64,000 nt of DNA. It comes from Prorocentrum cordatum (Eukaryota). The translations under genes and the position numbers were made by a program. The notes under the pieces were generated by a model. That model was not told where the DNA came from. It searched no databases and was given only the letters and a program-made list of their open reading frames with translations. Shown here piece after piece: positions 1 to 12,105 of this stretch. The stretch lies in the NCBI GenBank assembly GCA_963575745.1, contig CAUYUJ010000114.1, positions 620,001 through 684,000 of the forward strand. The letters are read 5' to 3'. How positions within the stretch are numbered: position 1 is the first letter of the stretch; each line of letters begins with the position of its first letter.

Positions 1-221
1 AGGCCTCCCAGATGGGGTCGGAGTAGATGGGGTCGGAGGATCGCGCCGCGTCGCCGATGCATCGGCGATGCATCGGCGATGCGGCTCGATGTGGGGCCCA
101 ACTTTGTCCACGCTGACGTCGCCGACGCATCGCCGACGTCGCCAGTGCATGGCCGATGCATCGCCGGTGCATCGCATCGCCGATGTATCGGCGATGCGGC
201 GAGATCTTCTGGCCCCATCTA

Positions 222-399
222 CTCCAGATTTCGTAATAAAGGGAGGGGGGTCTCATTTCGGGGGGGGTCTCTTCCAGGCTATCTTGGAGGGCCTGGGGGG
301 TCTGGGGACGATGTTTTGGAGGGTTCTCCCACGGGGGAGGTCTGAAATGGCTTGTCTTGGAGGGTCCAGACCCCCTCCCTTTTATTACGGAATCTGGAG
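222..399. mobile_element. MITE family A (CTCCAG...CTGGAG ends, TA TSD), copy 1
   Basis: ~30-bp imperfect TIRs (ctccagatttcgtaataaagggaggggg / ccccctcccttttattacggaatctggag) flanked by TA on both sides; second copy at 58787-58971. Confidence 0.85.
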
Positions 400-950
400 T
401 ACTCGGAACGCATCTAGGAGGCCTCGGGAGTGATGGGTTGCACACAACACCTTGAGCTGTATCATTGCTTCCTGCACCGATGATCGGATGCTGGAGCGGC
501 AGTGGCCAAACTTGATGAAGCAGACGGTCCGAAAGTGGACGAAGGTGCTGATTGCGGCTCGGCGATCAGGAGGGGGAGGAGCAGGACGATCAGGAGGGGG
601 AGGGAGAGGAAGAGGAGGAGGAGGAGGAGGAGGACGAGGAGGAGGAGGAGCAAGAGGAGGCGGAGGAGGAGGAGGAGGAGGAGGAGGAGTAGGATCAAGG
701 AGGGGGAGGGGGAGGGATGAGGGGAAGCAGGAGGAGGAGGAGGAGGAGGAGGAGGAGGAGGAGGATGCCATGGCCTCCAGGGCTTTTGCCGCAGCCGTCG
801 CGAGTTTGTCGGTGGTCGCTGCCTCGCGAGCCGCGCTGGCCTCGGGCCTGCGCGCGCCCCGCACCCCGGCGCCAGGCAGCAGCCCAGCAGCGGCGCCGCC
901 CGCCACAGCTCGCCCCGCGCCGGCCAGGCCGCCGTCGCTTGGCAGGCAGA

Positions 951-1101
951 TCAGGCCAGCCACAACTGGGGGAGCTGTGGTCCTTACCCCCCTGGGGGAC
1001 CGACCCATCGATGTCGACACCCCTCTCGAGAGATCGATCGTCGAGGCGATGGGTTCCCCCAGGGGGGTAAGGACCACAGCTCCCCCAGTTATGGCCGGTC
1101 G
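951..1101. mobile_element. Foldback/MITE with ~45-bp TIRs
   Basis: aactgggggagctgtggtccttacccccctgggg is mirrored by ccccaggggggtaaggaccacagctcccccagtt; GCAGA flanks both sides (possible 5-bp TSD). Confidence 0.7.
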
Positions 1102-1384
1102 GCAGACGGCGTCGGACCTCTTCGCGTCGCCGTCGCGCTCCTCTGGCCTGCCACCGAAAGACGCTCTACACACACACACACGGGCGCGACAGCTTTGGTC
1201 ACGAGGTCCGCCCGGCGCGAAGCCAGAGCCTGGACCGCGGCGAACGTGAAAAGGAACTCTGCGCGAACGTATTGATCCTGGCGTTGTGTGATCTATGTGG
1301 TGCGCAGTCTACGCGATGCAACCTGCATGGTAGAATGCCATGTTCTGCAACATGTGGTGTGCTATGTATGTTGTGCTATTCATG

Positions 1385-2010
1385 TGGGGCGGCGACGGCG
1401 GCCACATAGCCGCCAGATCGAAAACATGGCCCAGACGACGGGCGGCGACGAGGCGGCGACGGGGCGGCGACGGCGAGAACATAGCCGCCAGACCGAAGAC
1501 ACGGCCTGGGCGACGGGCGGCGACGAGGCGGCGACGGGGCGGCGACGTCGGCCACATAACAGCCGCCGGACCGAAGACACGGCCCAGTTTCTTCGAACAG
1601 ATGAGAGCGCTTAGGTGCAAGCATTGCCCTACAAGTAGCAACGCAGGCATCGCGAAGCAACACAAAGCAAGCAAGGCAAAGCGAAGCAATGCAACGGAAT
1701 GCCTAGCAAAATAGAAACGCAAAACACTGGAATGCCAAACCACGCAATGCAGTGCAAAGCAATGCAAGCAATGCAAAGCAACGCAAAGCGAATCAACACA
1801 AATCAACACAAAGTCACGCGAGCAATGCGAACCAACGCAATGCAATGCATATTCCAGGCTAGCAATGCGCAGGCGGCGACGAGGCGACGACGGGGCGGCG
1901 ACGGCGAGAACATAGCCGCCAGACCGAAGACGCGGCCCAGACGACGGGCGGCGACGAGGCGGCGACGGGGCGGCGGCGGCGGCCACGTAGCCGCCGGACC
2001 GGCCGCGCGG
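1385..2010 (+). repeat. ~70-bp GC-rich tandem repeat (ggcggcgacg...atagccgccagaccgaagac) interrupted by a GCAA-rich tract
   Basis: Several diverged copies at 1385-1590 and 1870-2010. Confidence 0.75.
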
Positions 2011-2399
2011 CCCAGATCTTGTAAGAGATGGGAATTCTTCAAAAGTGCAAACACTGCTCGGGGAAGACTGGCGCAAAGTGGTCGTGGAGCGCCCTCGTAT
2101 GCTCCAGGTCTTGAGGCAAAGTGTAGCTGGTATTGTTTGTTGACAGGTGTGGTTGGCCTGCGCGCAGCAACCAACATGCTGGCGCACCCACCGACCCAGT
2201 CAGATACCGATGCAACGTGGTCGCGGGGCGCCCCCGCACGCTCCGGATTCGGAGGCAAAACGCGTTTCCCAACCATCCTGTGATTTCGGATTGTCGTTTT
2301 GAAGAGACAGCGCCCCGCGTCTCCTTCCTTGACTCCCGCTGCCATCCCTCCCTCCCTCCTCCCATCCTTGTCATCCCTGCCTCTGCCCTCCGCATTCTT

Positions 2400-3300
2400 T
2401 GTTTCGGCACACCACTCACGTTTCGTGGTCCTATTGGGAGCTCCATCGAAGGCCCCAGTGGCAACTTGCATGCGTCCCCCAGCCCATTTCGGCACACCCC
2501 TCACACGCTTCGTGGCCCAGCTCTACCGAAGGCTTCAGTGGCAGCGCGCGCATGCGTCCCCCACTCCATTTCAGCACGCCCCTCATACGTTTCGTGGTCA
2601 CACGTTTCGTGGCCTCACAGGGAGCTCCACTGAAGGCCCCTGTGGCAGCGCTCGCATGCGTCCCCCAGACCATTTCGGCACACCTCTCACACGTTTCGTC
2701 CCCCCACAAGGGGCTCCACCGAAGGCTCCTGTGGCAGCGCTCGCATGCGTCCCGCAGCCCATTTTGGCACACCCCTCGCACGCTTCGTGGGCGCACAAGG
2801 GGGCTCCGCAGAAGGCTCCTGTGGCAGCGCCCGCGTGCGTCCCCCGTACCCATTTCGGCACATCCCTCGCACGCTTCGTGGCCCCATAGGGAGCTCCACC
2901 GCATGCGTCTCCTCGCCAATGTTGGCACACCCCTCACGCGCTTCGTGGCCCCATAGGGAGCTCCACCGAAGGCACCAGTGGTGGTTTTCGCATGCGTCCC
3001 CCGCACCCATTTCGGCACACCCCTCGCACGCTTCGTGGCCCCATAGGGAGCTCCTCCGAAGGCCCAAGAGGCGATCTCGCATGCGTCCCCTCGCCAATGT
3101 CGGCATACCCCTCACGCGCTTCGTGGCCCCACAGGGAGCTCCACCGAAGGCACCTCTGGCGGTTTTCGCATGCGTCTCCCAACCAATACCGGCACACCCC
3201 TCACACGTTCCGGGGCCCCACATGGAGCTCCACCTAAGGCTCCAGCGGCAGCGCTCGCATGCGTCCCTTCGCCAATGTCGGCACGCCCCTCACGCGTTCG
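2400..3300 (+). repeat. ~89-bp satellite array 1
   Basis: Tandem units with core CACACCCCTCACACGTTTCGTGGCCCCATAGGGAGCTCCACCGAAGGC; measured spacings of 88-90 bp. Confidence 0.9.
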
Positions 3301-4674
3301 CGCGTCCCCCATCCGCATGCCCCGTGCCCCGTTCTTCCCGCGGCGCGCTACCTACGAAGAGGTGGTCGCATGGCGGTGTTTCTACAGTATCGGACCGAAG
3401 TCCTGCGCCCAGCACTTTTGAAATATGACCGAGCAGCTGTCGAAAAGGCGGCTCAGCAGGTTCTGGTACCGTTTGAACGCTCTTCTGCCGCATGATGCTC
3501 TTTCCCATCGCCTGGTGGTCCTGCGCTCCTGGCTAGTGAACCGAGCCCTGCTTTCTGGATGCATTACCGTTTATGGGCAGCGGCGCGGATGACCGGCAGG
3601 TGGTCGCCGCCGATTTCAGGCGGCAGGGAGCACCCCGCGTCTTTGGTGCAGATGCTGTGGGCGTCGGAACGCTTCTCTGCGTCAAGTGCTGATGTCGTGT
3701 TTTTTTGTTCGCCACCGACCGCCGGGAGGTGTTCCCTGGCGACGTCCCGGCGGAACTGATGCTCCAGGTGCTGTTCGGGGGCCACACCAGCCCCATTAAC
3801 TACATCGCGCACATCTCTTTTTTATCGGAATTGCTATTCGACGGTCTGCACCGTTGTATTATTTGTCGTCTTCCTCCTCTTCTCGTTTTCGTCCTCTCTC
3901 TTTTTTGTTTGCTAAGGCTCTCTGTCCTTCGTGCATCTGCCCTGTGGGGGCTCGAGTTGTCTATTTGCTCTACAGGGTTGTTGCGTGTTTTCTGCGTCCA
4001 CTGCCGCCCAGTGCGATACCGCAGAGGGCATCTCGCCAGGTTTCACGCCTGCATGCTCGCTGCCAGTAAGTCCTGCGTCACAGTCGTGATGCGCGGGTGC
4101 GCGGGTGCCCTTGTTTCACGGTGTTACTCATGCGTCCCAGTCGTGATGCGCGGGCGGGTTGGTCATGATGCAGACCGTGGTATGCTTGTGTCCAGCTCGC
4201 GTTGGATTCCATTTCTCCTTTCTGCCTCCCCCTCGTCCTCCCCTCTTCCTCCTCTGGGAATGAGCTCGGCCTGCGCATGCACGCATGCCCCAGTGTGTGC
4301 CCGTCGCCTCCCCGGCCGCCGCGTCGCTTCACCAGGCCTTGCTGGGGGGGAGCGGCACGGTGTCTCGGGGAGCAAGGGTCAGGAGCAAAAGAAGGACGTA
4401 CACGTGCATGAATCCACGTTGGTTTCGAGAGTTCGCATTGCGCGAATGTTCGTATCACGCGGCCGGCCTCGCGGGTCGAGGGGCCGTGTTCATGTACATA
4501 GCTGGGCGCGTACGTCCTTTGGGGGTTCCTCAAGGGGTACACACGCCAGCGCGCCAGCGAGCCTCTCGTTCGAAGCGCGGCCCGGAGGCCTGGCGGGCGG
4601 CGCTGCCCGAGCTCCCCGGGGAGAGCGGCGGTTGTCGCGACAAGCACCGCCCACGCCTTGTGTGGCAGCTGGGG

Positions 4675-5310
4675 GGAGGGAGGGAGGGGGGAGGAGGGAG
4701 GAGGGAGAGGGAGAAGAAGGAGGAGGAGGGGGAGGAGGAGGAGGAGGAGGAGGAGGAGGAGGAGGAGGAGGAGGGGGAGGAGCTGGGGAAGGGGAGGGCG
4801 TGTGACACCACTGCCTGTCCTTCGTCGGCTGTCGGGCCCAGGCCTGCTCTCGCCGGGCAGCTCTGGGTCGCAGCGACGGGGGGCCCGGCGCCGGCTCCGG
4901 GCTCCTCCTCCTCCTCCCTCCTCCTCCCTCTCTCCTCCTCCTCCTCCCTCTCCTCCTCCTCTCCTCTCCTCCTCCTCCTCCTCCTCCTCCTCTCCTCGTC
5001 CTCCTCCTCCTCCTCCTGCTCCTCCTCTTCCTCCTCCTCCTCCTCCTCCTCCTCCTGCTCCTCCTCCTCCTCCTCCTCTCCTCCTCCTCCTCCTCCTCCT
5101 CCTCCTCCTCCTCCTCCTCCTCTCATCTCTCCTCCTCTCCTCTCTCCTCTCCTCTCCTCTCCTCTCCTCTCCTCTCCTCTCCTCTCCTCTCTCTCTCCTC
5201 TCCTCTCCTCTCCTCTCCTCTCCTCTCCTCTCCTCCTGCACCTCGTCGTCATCGTCCTCCTCCTCCCTCTCCCCTCCTTCCCTGCTCTGCCTCCTCTTCC
5301 TTCTCTTCCT
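4675..5310. repeat. (GAG)n, (CCT)n and (CTCCT)n microsatellites
   Basis: Read directly from the sequence. Confidence 0.95.
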
Positions 5311-5329
5311 GCCCTGGCCCATGTCGTTA

Positions 5330-5945
5330 CACACCACACACGTTTCCTGCCTCCCAGGGAGTTCCACCGAGGGCCCCAGTGGGGGCGTCCGCATGGCGGC
5401 GCCGCGCCAATTTCGGTGTACCCCTCACACGGTTCCTGCCTCCCAGGGAGCTCCACCGAGGGCCCCAGCCGCATGGCGGTGCCGCGCCCCGTTTGACGCA
5501 CACCTCACACGTTTCGTAGCCGCCAGGGAGCTCCACTGACGGCCCCAGTGGGTGCGTTCGCATGGCGGCGCCCCGCCCATTTCGGCACACTCCACACGTT
5601 TCGTGGCCCCACAGGGAGTTCCACCGAGGGCCCCAGTAGGTGCTTTCGCATGGCGTCGCCCCGCCCTTTTCGGAACACCCTTCACACGTTTCGTGTCTTC
5701 CAGGGAGTTCCACCGAGGGACCCAGTGGGTGCGTTCGCATGGCGTCGCCCCGCCCTTTTCGGCACACACACACACACTCTCACACACACACACACACATT
5801 ACACGTTTCGTGGCCCCTTGGGAGCTCCACCGAGGGCCCCAGTGGGTGCGTTCGCATGGCGTCGCCCCGCCCATTTCGGAACACCCTCGCACGCTTCGTG
5901 GCCCCATCAAAGCTCATCCGAGGGCCCCAGTGGGTGCGTTCGCAT
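5330..5945 (+). repeat. ~89-bp satellite array 2
   Basis: Same core as array 1, with an array-specific variable half (gggtgcgttcgcatggcgtcgccccgccc). Confidence 0.9.
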
Positions 5946-6869
5946 TTTCAAACAGGATTCACCGTCTCATGCTAGACACCCACGGATTTGAGACATCAAC
6001 TCGCGTCGCCAGTGGTCCTTCGGACCCGTTGAACACATTATCATTTGCAGTCGGTTGCCTCCCAGTAGTCATGTGCCGCACGATGCTTGGGAGTTCAGCC
6101 TGTGTTTGAAGGGCGTCAGTATCACAATTTGTCAAATTCCCAGCGGTGGCCCACCGAACCCGCAGACACATTTTCATAGCGAGGTCGAGGAATACGATAA
6201 AGGATGATGGGGAGGACGGGAGTAGGAACCGCACTAGGGAAACCAAAAGTGGCATAAGCATAAAAAACTCAGAGGTCCGCGCGGATTTCCTGGATCCGCG
6301 CTGGACCCCCTTCCCTGGCGCGCGGAGCGCGCCAGGGGCGGCGCCGGAGGCGCCGCCAGGGGGCCCCAGCGCCGATGGAGTCCCCGAAGCACGTGGCCCC
6401 AGCGGGCGTGCGCACGCGTTTCGGCACGCACGTCGCACGCTTTCGAGCCCCACGGGGCTATCCGCCGATGGCCCGAGGCACCCGCCGACTTGAGTTTAGC
6501 AAGTCGCACCCGCTTCATTGCCACATGCTGATCCAAACCCTCCTGTGTGTTGGGCCCTCGTTTTGAATCCGCAGCGCCGCGCGTCTCCTCCTCCTCCTCC
6601 TCCTCCTCCTCCTCCTCCTCCTCCTCCTCCTCCTCCTCTCCTCTCCTCTCCTCTCCTCTCCTCTCCTCTCCTCTCCTCTCCTCTCCTCTCCTCTCCTCTC
6701 CTCTCCTCTCCTCTCCTCTCCTCTCCTCTCCTCCTCCTCCACCTCGTCTTCTTCGTCGGGTCCTCGTTTTCAATCTGCAGCGCCGCCCTTCGCTTCCTCC
6801 TCATCCTCCCTTTCCCACTGCCCATCACAGCCGCCACCATTATCACCACCATCGTCATGATCATCACAG

Positions 6870-7685
6870 TTTCGGCGCACTCACACGTTGCGTGGAACCA
6901 GGGGGAGCTGGAGCTCCACCGAAGGCTCCAGCGGCAGGGTCAGCATCCGTACTCGGGTCCATCTGGGCACACCCCTCACACGTTTCGTGGCCTCATAGGG
7001 AGGTCCACCGAAGGCTCCAGTAGCAGGGTCCGCGGGCCGCATGCGTCTTCGGGTCCACCTCGGCGAACACCTCACACGCTTCGTGGCCTCATACGGAGCT
7101 CCACCGAAGGCTCCAGTGGCAGGGTCCGCATGCGTAGTCGGGTCCATTTGGGCATACCCTCACACGTTTCGGGGCCCCATAGGGAGCTCCACCGAAGGCT
7201 CCAGTGGCAGGCCCCGCACGCGTATTCGGGGCCGCTTCGGCGAACACCTCACACGTTCCGTGGCCCCATAGGGAGCTCCACCGAAGGCTCAAGATGCAGG
7301 GTCAGCATGTGTACTCGGGTCCATTTGGGCACACCCTCACACGATTATCGGCCCCATAAGGAGCTCCACCGAAGGCTCCAGTGGCAGGCTCCGCATGCGT
7401 ACTCGGGACCATTTGGGTACACCTCTCACACGTTTCGTGGCCCCATAGGACGCTCCACCGAAGGCTCCAGTAACAGGGTCCGCATGCGTATTCGGGTCCA
7501 CTCGGGCACACCCCTCACACGTTTCGTGGCCCCAGAAGGAGCTCCACCGGAGGCTCCAGTGGCAGGCCCCGCACGCGTATTCGGGGCCGCTTCGGCGAAC
7601 ACTTCACACGTTTCGTGGCCCCATAGGGAGCTCCACCGAAGGCTCCAGCGGCAGGGTCCGCATGCGTACTCGGGTCCAGTTCGGC
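6870..7685 (+). repeat. ~89-bp satellite array 3
   Basis: Same core; variable half cagggtccgcatgcgtattcgggtcca; preceded by the head motif and a (CTCCT)n tract. Confidence 0.9.
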
Positions 7686-8034
7686 GCGCCCCCCGCACCC
7701 CAACGAGCTCTTGTGCATCAGGCGGTCCTGTTGATAGTTGCCACGCACGTAGAAGGGGTTGGGTTCTTCGCCAGGGCATTTTTTTGACAGGGGTGGTAGG
7801 CTCGCGCGCAGCAAGCAGTATGAGGGCACCCGCGCCGTCCCTATCAACAACCAATGCTAAGTGATCGCGGGGCGCCCGCGCATGTTCCAGATTTGGAGGC
7901 AAAGTGTATGTTGCGGATTTTCCAAACCATCCTGTGGTGTTGGGTCCTCGCTTTGAAGAGACGGAACCCCCCCCGTCCCTCCTCCGCTCCTCCCCAATTC
8001 CTTCTCCCCTCCCTGCCTCGGCCCTCCGCATGCA

Positions 8035-8895
8035 CATTTCGGCACACCCCTCATACGTTTCGTGGCCCCACGGGGAGCTCCACCGAAGCCCTCAGTGGCG
8101 GTTCTCGCACGCGCCCCCCCGCGCCCACTTCGGTACATCCCTCACACGCTTCGTGGCTCCATGGGGAATTCCGACGAAGGCCTCAGTGACGGTTCTCGCA
8201 TGCTCGCATGCGTCCCCAGCATTAACTTCGGTATATCCTTCACACGTTTCGTGGCCACATAGGGAGTTCCATCGAAAGCCCGCGTGCCAGTTCGCGCATG
8301 CGTCCCCCGCCCCCGCTACATCATACCCGTCACACGTTTCGTGGCCCCATGGGGAATTCGACCGAAGGCTCCACTGGCACTTCTCGCATGCGTCCCCCGC
8401 ACAAATTCCGGCACAACCCTCACACGCTTCGTGGCCCCATAGGGAGCTCCACCGAAGGCCCAAAAGGCGGTTCTCGCATGCGTCCCCCGTACTCATCACG
8501 GCACACACTTCACATGTTTCGTGGCCCCATGGGGAGCCCCACCGAAGATCCCAGTGGCGGTTGTCGCATGCGTCCCCGCCCGTGTTGGCACACCCTTCAC
8601 ACGTGTTTCGTGGCACCATAGGAAGCTCCACCGAAGGCCCTAGTGGCGGTTTTCGCACGCGTCCCTCGCAACCATATCTGTGCTTTCCTCACACGTTTCG
8701 TGGCCCCACAGGGAGCTCCACCGAAGTCCTCAGTGGTGGTTCTCGCATGCGTCCCCCGCACCCATTACGCATCTTTCATTTTCCGTGACCCTATAAGGAG
8801 CTCAACCGAAGGCTTCAGTGGTGGTTTTCGCATGCGTCCTCCGCACCCATGTCGGCACACCCCCTACACGTTTCGTGACCCAACACGGAGCTCCC
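8035..8895 (+). repeat. ~89-bp satellite array 4
   Basis: Same core; preceded by head motif aaccatcctgtggtgttgggtcctcgctttgaagagac. Confidence 0.9.
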
Positions 8896-9127
8896 GCCGA
8901 AGACGATGCTTACAATTGCATCATTCACCATTCCATATGGTTGTGTCATTCGGGAGGCTGATTTGAAAGGGATGGTGAAGGGGGGGCCCTCGTGGGTGCC
9001 CTCATCGGTCTGGGTTGGTTGCCGGTCGGGTTGGGGGGAGAGGTGCTCATGAATAGGGGACGGTTATCTACTCCTTCCCGAAGGGGAAGAGGGAATGGCA
9101 GAGGAAACTACAGTGCCGTTTTTGGTA

Positions 9128-9272
9128 CATGCTCCGCGTGCGGATCATGCATAAAAAATGCAGGGATTTAGCATTCGCAAAACGATGAGTTCATGCATGC
9201 ATTTATCCATAAGCTAATCATGTACTAGAAATCCTATATTTTAAAAATCCAATGTTTCAAAAACTGCCCTGT
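9128..9272 (+). repeat. AT-rich dispersed repeat (second copy ~16005-16155)
   Basis: Both copies share catgctccgcgtgcggatcatg...gagttcatgca...aatcatgta. Confidence 0.75.
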
Positions 9273-9375
9273 ATCTAAACCACCTCCGCCCAGGGGGTCT
9301 GTGGGATTCTGGTCAGGACGCACCCCTGGAGAGGTCCAGGGAGTGGCGGCAGCGGTACTTTTTCGGCTTCCCCAG

Positions 9376-11057
9376 AGGAGGCCTTCCGGTGGTCTTTGAG
9401 CCTCATATCGCGCATCCTGACGCGCGTGATCACAGAGGGCTCCACCATCGTCATGAAGGCCATCAACGAGAACAGCGCCAAGAAGCTGCGGAAGGCCATA
9501 GGCTGCGCCCCGCGCGGCAAGCGCACGGCGTGGATGCTCAACATCCAGGTCGGGACCCAATCGATCTCGCCGTTTTTGTGGGCGATTGAGACGGGCAGCC
9601 TGGAGGCCGCCAGGGCGATCATCCAGGACCTCCTCACGATCAGGGCGGACCGCGACCGCTACTACTACGGGATGGACGCCCTGTTCGAGCGCCACGAGGA
9701 CGTCGTCAGGCGCCTCTGCGTCGAGGCGCCAGCTCTGGTGCCGGTGCTGCTGGACGGGCTGGTGTGGCGCTCGCGCTTCACTGAGGGCGGAACCCGGCGC
9801 GTGAACTACTACATCAAGCACCTGGTCGCGGACAGCAGCGGGGGGTTCTCGAAGGCAGTGGAGTGGATCACGGACACTGGTGACCCCAAGCTTGTGTCCC
9901 ACCCGATCGTGGCGATGGTGGTGGACACGATCTGGAACCACGTTGCGTTCCAGACCTTCCTTCTCAACAAGTCGTGGGTGATCTTCACGACATGCGTGTT
10001 CGTCGTCGGCTCGGGTGGGCTCAGGCACTCGGGCGAGGCATCACGGTACTTGGTGGCCGCCTGCCGTGGTTTGACATACGGGTTGAGTCTGGGACAGTGG
10101 ATGTACCACCACGTGGTGAGCACATGCAAGGACGTACGCGGGAGGAGGTTCGCCAAGATCGGCATCGTGACCGTTCCGGCCTACCTGGACAATTTCCAAG
10201 ATTGTGCAAGCTTGCTCTTGACAGCGCTACTCTTGGCGATGCTCGTGATTGAGCCAGTTCTGCATTGCTTGCCACACTGGGACGGCGAGTTTGAAGGTTC
10301 GGGTGTGTTCACAGATCAGTGCCCTCAGGTAGAACCATTGCACCTCATCTATTCTCAGTTGAGTGCGATCGCTACCATCTTGTTTTTCGGCCTCATAGTC
10401 GAACTCTCGGTATTCTCTACCAGGGTGTCCGCGTTCGTTTTGGTCTGCTATCGCGTGCTCTCAGAGGTGTTATTGTTCTTGCTCGGATGGGCGTTTGTGA
10501 TCCTGACGTGGAGTTGTGCCGTCAGCGCACTGGACCAAAACCACATGGATTTCGAGGACATCCCGTCGTCCGCGATGTCATTGGTGAAAATCACGCTCGG
10601 CATGTACGGCGGTGAGGCGTACCTCATGCTGCAGCAAGAACCATCGCTTATGTTCGCAGTCATCGCCTACGTAATTGTGAGCGGAGTCTTCTTACTTAAC
10701 TTGCTCGTTGCGCAGCTCAACTCTTCCTACCAGGCGACCTTCCACGACATGCTCGGCTACGCGCGCCTGAATCGTGGCAAAATCGTGGCCGACGCCATGT
10801 TGGTCGTCACGGAGAGCCGCTGGAGAAGGTTCGTCAATAGTTTGAAATTGGACGAGCGGATTGAGTTTGGGGAGGGCGACATCGGCTTGGCTGGGGGCAT
10901 CCAGGTTCTCGAGCCCGCCAATGCGAATATCACAACCGTCGACACTATCCACCGCTTCGGCGGCTCAACGTCGGTACTAGCACAGTGGCCCGAGGACGGA
11001 CTGCACGCGAGCGACGACGTGGACCGCTTCAAGCGGATGGAGAAAATGATCGCGAAG
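9376..11057 (+). CDS. Large penultimate exon of a multi-pass TRP-like ion channel (5' boundary approximate)
   Basis: ~560 open codons with GC3-rich codon usage; ankyrin-like SISPFLWAIETGSLEAARAII; about six hydrophobic helices; pore-helix-like FEDIPSSAMSLVKITLG; S6-like FLLNLLVAQLNSSY. Ends at AAG|GC donor. Confidence 0.8.
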
Positions 11058-11290
11058 GCTTGGAGCTGGCTGGGGGGCTGGGGTGGCCCAGAATTGGTTC
11101 CAGCCAGAAGAGGGGAGGAGAAAGGAGCCTCCCCGTCGCCACGTTAGGACGCGGCTCGAGAAACCGGCCAGCTTCGGCCCCGGGAGGGTCCAGGGACAGC
11201 TTTTGATTTGATTTGCCCTCGGCCCCCCCCTCTTGACTGATTTTCTCGGGGCCCATCCGGCGCAGATCCCCGGGCCCCTTCCAATCGAAG

Positions 11291-11467
11291 GCCATGAAGC
11301 GAATGGGCAGCAAAGGCGGCACCAGGAAGGGTGGCAGGTCCTCCACTGGCGGTTCTTCGGGGGGCCTTTCGCTTTCGCTCGGCTCCAGCGGCGCCGGCAC
11401 CAGCAGCGGGGGCGACACGAGCGACGGCAAGGACAGCGAGCACGGCGACGACCTGGAGGGCAGCTGA
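11291..11467 (+). CDS. Final exon of the TRP-like channel gene (AMKRMGSKGG...DDLEGS*)
   Basis: A 233-bp GC-AG intron (11058-11290, AAG|GC at both junctions) restores the frame EKMIAK-AMKRM; 59 codons ending in TGA. Confidence 0.75.
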   Translation, partial: AMKRMGSKGGTRKGGRSSTGGSSGGLSLSLGSSGAGTSSGGDTSDGKDSEHGDDLEGS

Positions 11468-11949
11468 CGGTGCTGAGGACTGGCCAGGTTTGCGCACGAT
11501 CTCCTCCTTTCCCTTGCCGGTCTCATGCTCATGCTCCTCCTCCTCCTCATCCTCCTCACCGACCTCTTCCTCCTCCTCGTTTCCTTATCCTTCTCGACGC
11601 CTACGTCCTGGGAGGAGGGGAGGACGAGGGAGGGCACGCGCGTTGATTGGCCAGGTGTTCGGTGTGCGCACGATCTCTACAAAACTCCTCAACAACGCCT
11701 TCCATGCAGCATCTTGTTCGGAGTAGCTGTGGTTCAGAGGATTCGTGATAACGATACACTGTTTTCCACAAGGGCTTCAGAAACGAGGGCAGCTAGACAC
11801 TCTGGAAATTCTGGAACGCATCCTGAGCCAATCCCACCATGACGGTCTCGTCCTAGTGGTGGCGTCGAACTCGCTCTGAACCCGCAGAGCTGAGCCCTGC
11901 TGCTCGAGGGGGGCGCATGTCACCCCCTGGCGCCCCGAGTAGCGATACA

Positions 11950-12105
11950 GTCAACCATGATAGTAAGGATGGGGCAACTTTCCAAGGCTACCCTTGCATC
12001 CTTGCCCCTTCGGTATTCGGCATCCTTCGGCATTCTGCTGCGCTCCGCACGGAAAACGTCAGCATGGCGTTCCAAGGCCCTTGCATCCTTACCGGGCATC
12101 CACAC
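11950..12105 (+). repeat. Dispersed repeat (second copy ~60963-61120)
   Basis: Both copies share gatacagtcaacc...ttccaagg...cccttgcatcc...caaggcccttgcatcct. Confidence 0.65.

Noticed and set aside
40..200. Clustered CGCCGATGCATCGGCG palindromes
   Set aside because: Low-complexity palindromic repeat at the window edge; too little context to assign a function.
2752..2770. CCGCAGCCCATTTTGGCAC resembles DinoSL
   Set aside because: It is one variant of the satellite unit (others read cccatttcggcac) and lacks the TCAAG end; probably chance.
3300..3850. Possible LINE C-terminal remnant or exon
   Set aside because: Coding-like composition, but no motif I can identify with confidence.
4590..4880. 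AWRAALPELPG as a candidate upstream SMC4 exon
   Set aside because: It has an inverted partner at ~4845-4870, so it is more likely a TIR remnant; no SMC motif.
4078..5539. 300-440-aa Gly/Glu/Pro/Ser-rich ORFs (similar ones at 0.4-1.2, 43.4-44.8, 52-55 and 57 kb)
   Set aside because: They are open in several frames because GAG/CCT repeats contain no stop codons; no domain motifs.
2400..8895. CRISPR-like appearance of the 89-bp arrays (hairpin core plus variable part)
   Set aside because: The variable parts are homologous to each other rather than unique spacers, there are no cas genes, and the context is eukaryotic.
11058..11147. Last 29 codons of ORF 9396..11147
   Set aside because: Read-through into the GC-AG intron; the coding signal resumes at 11291.
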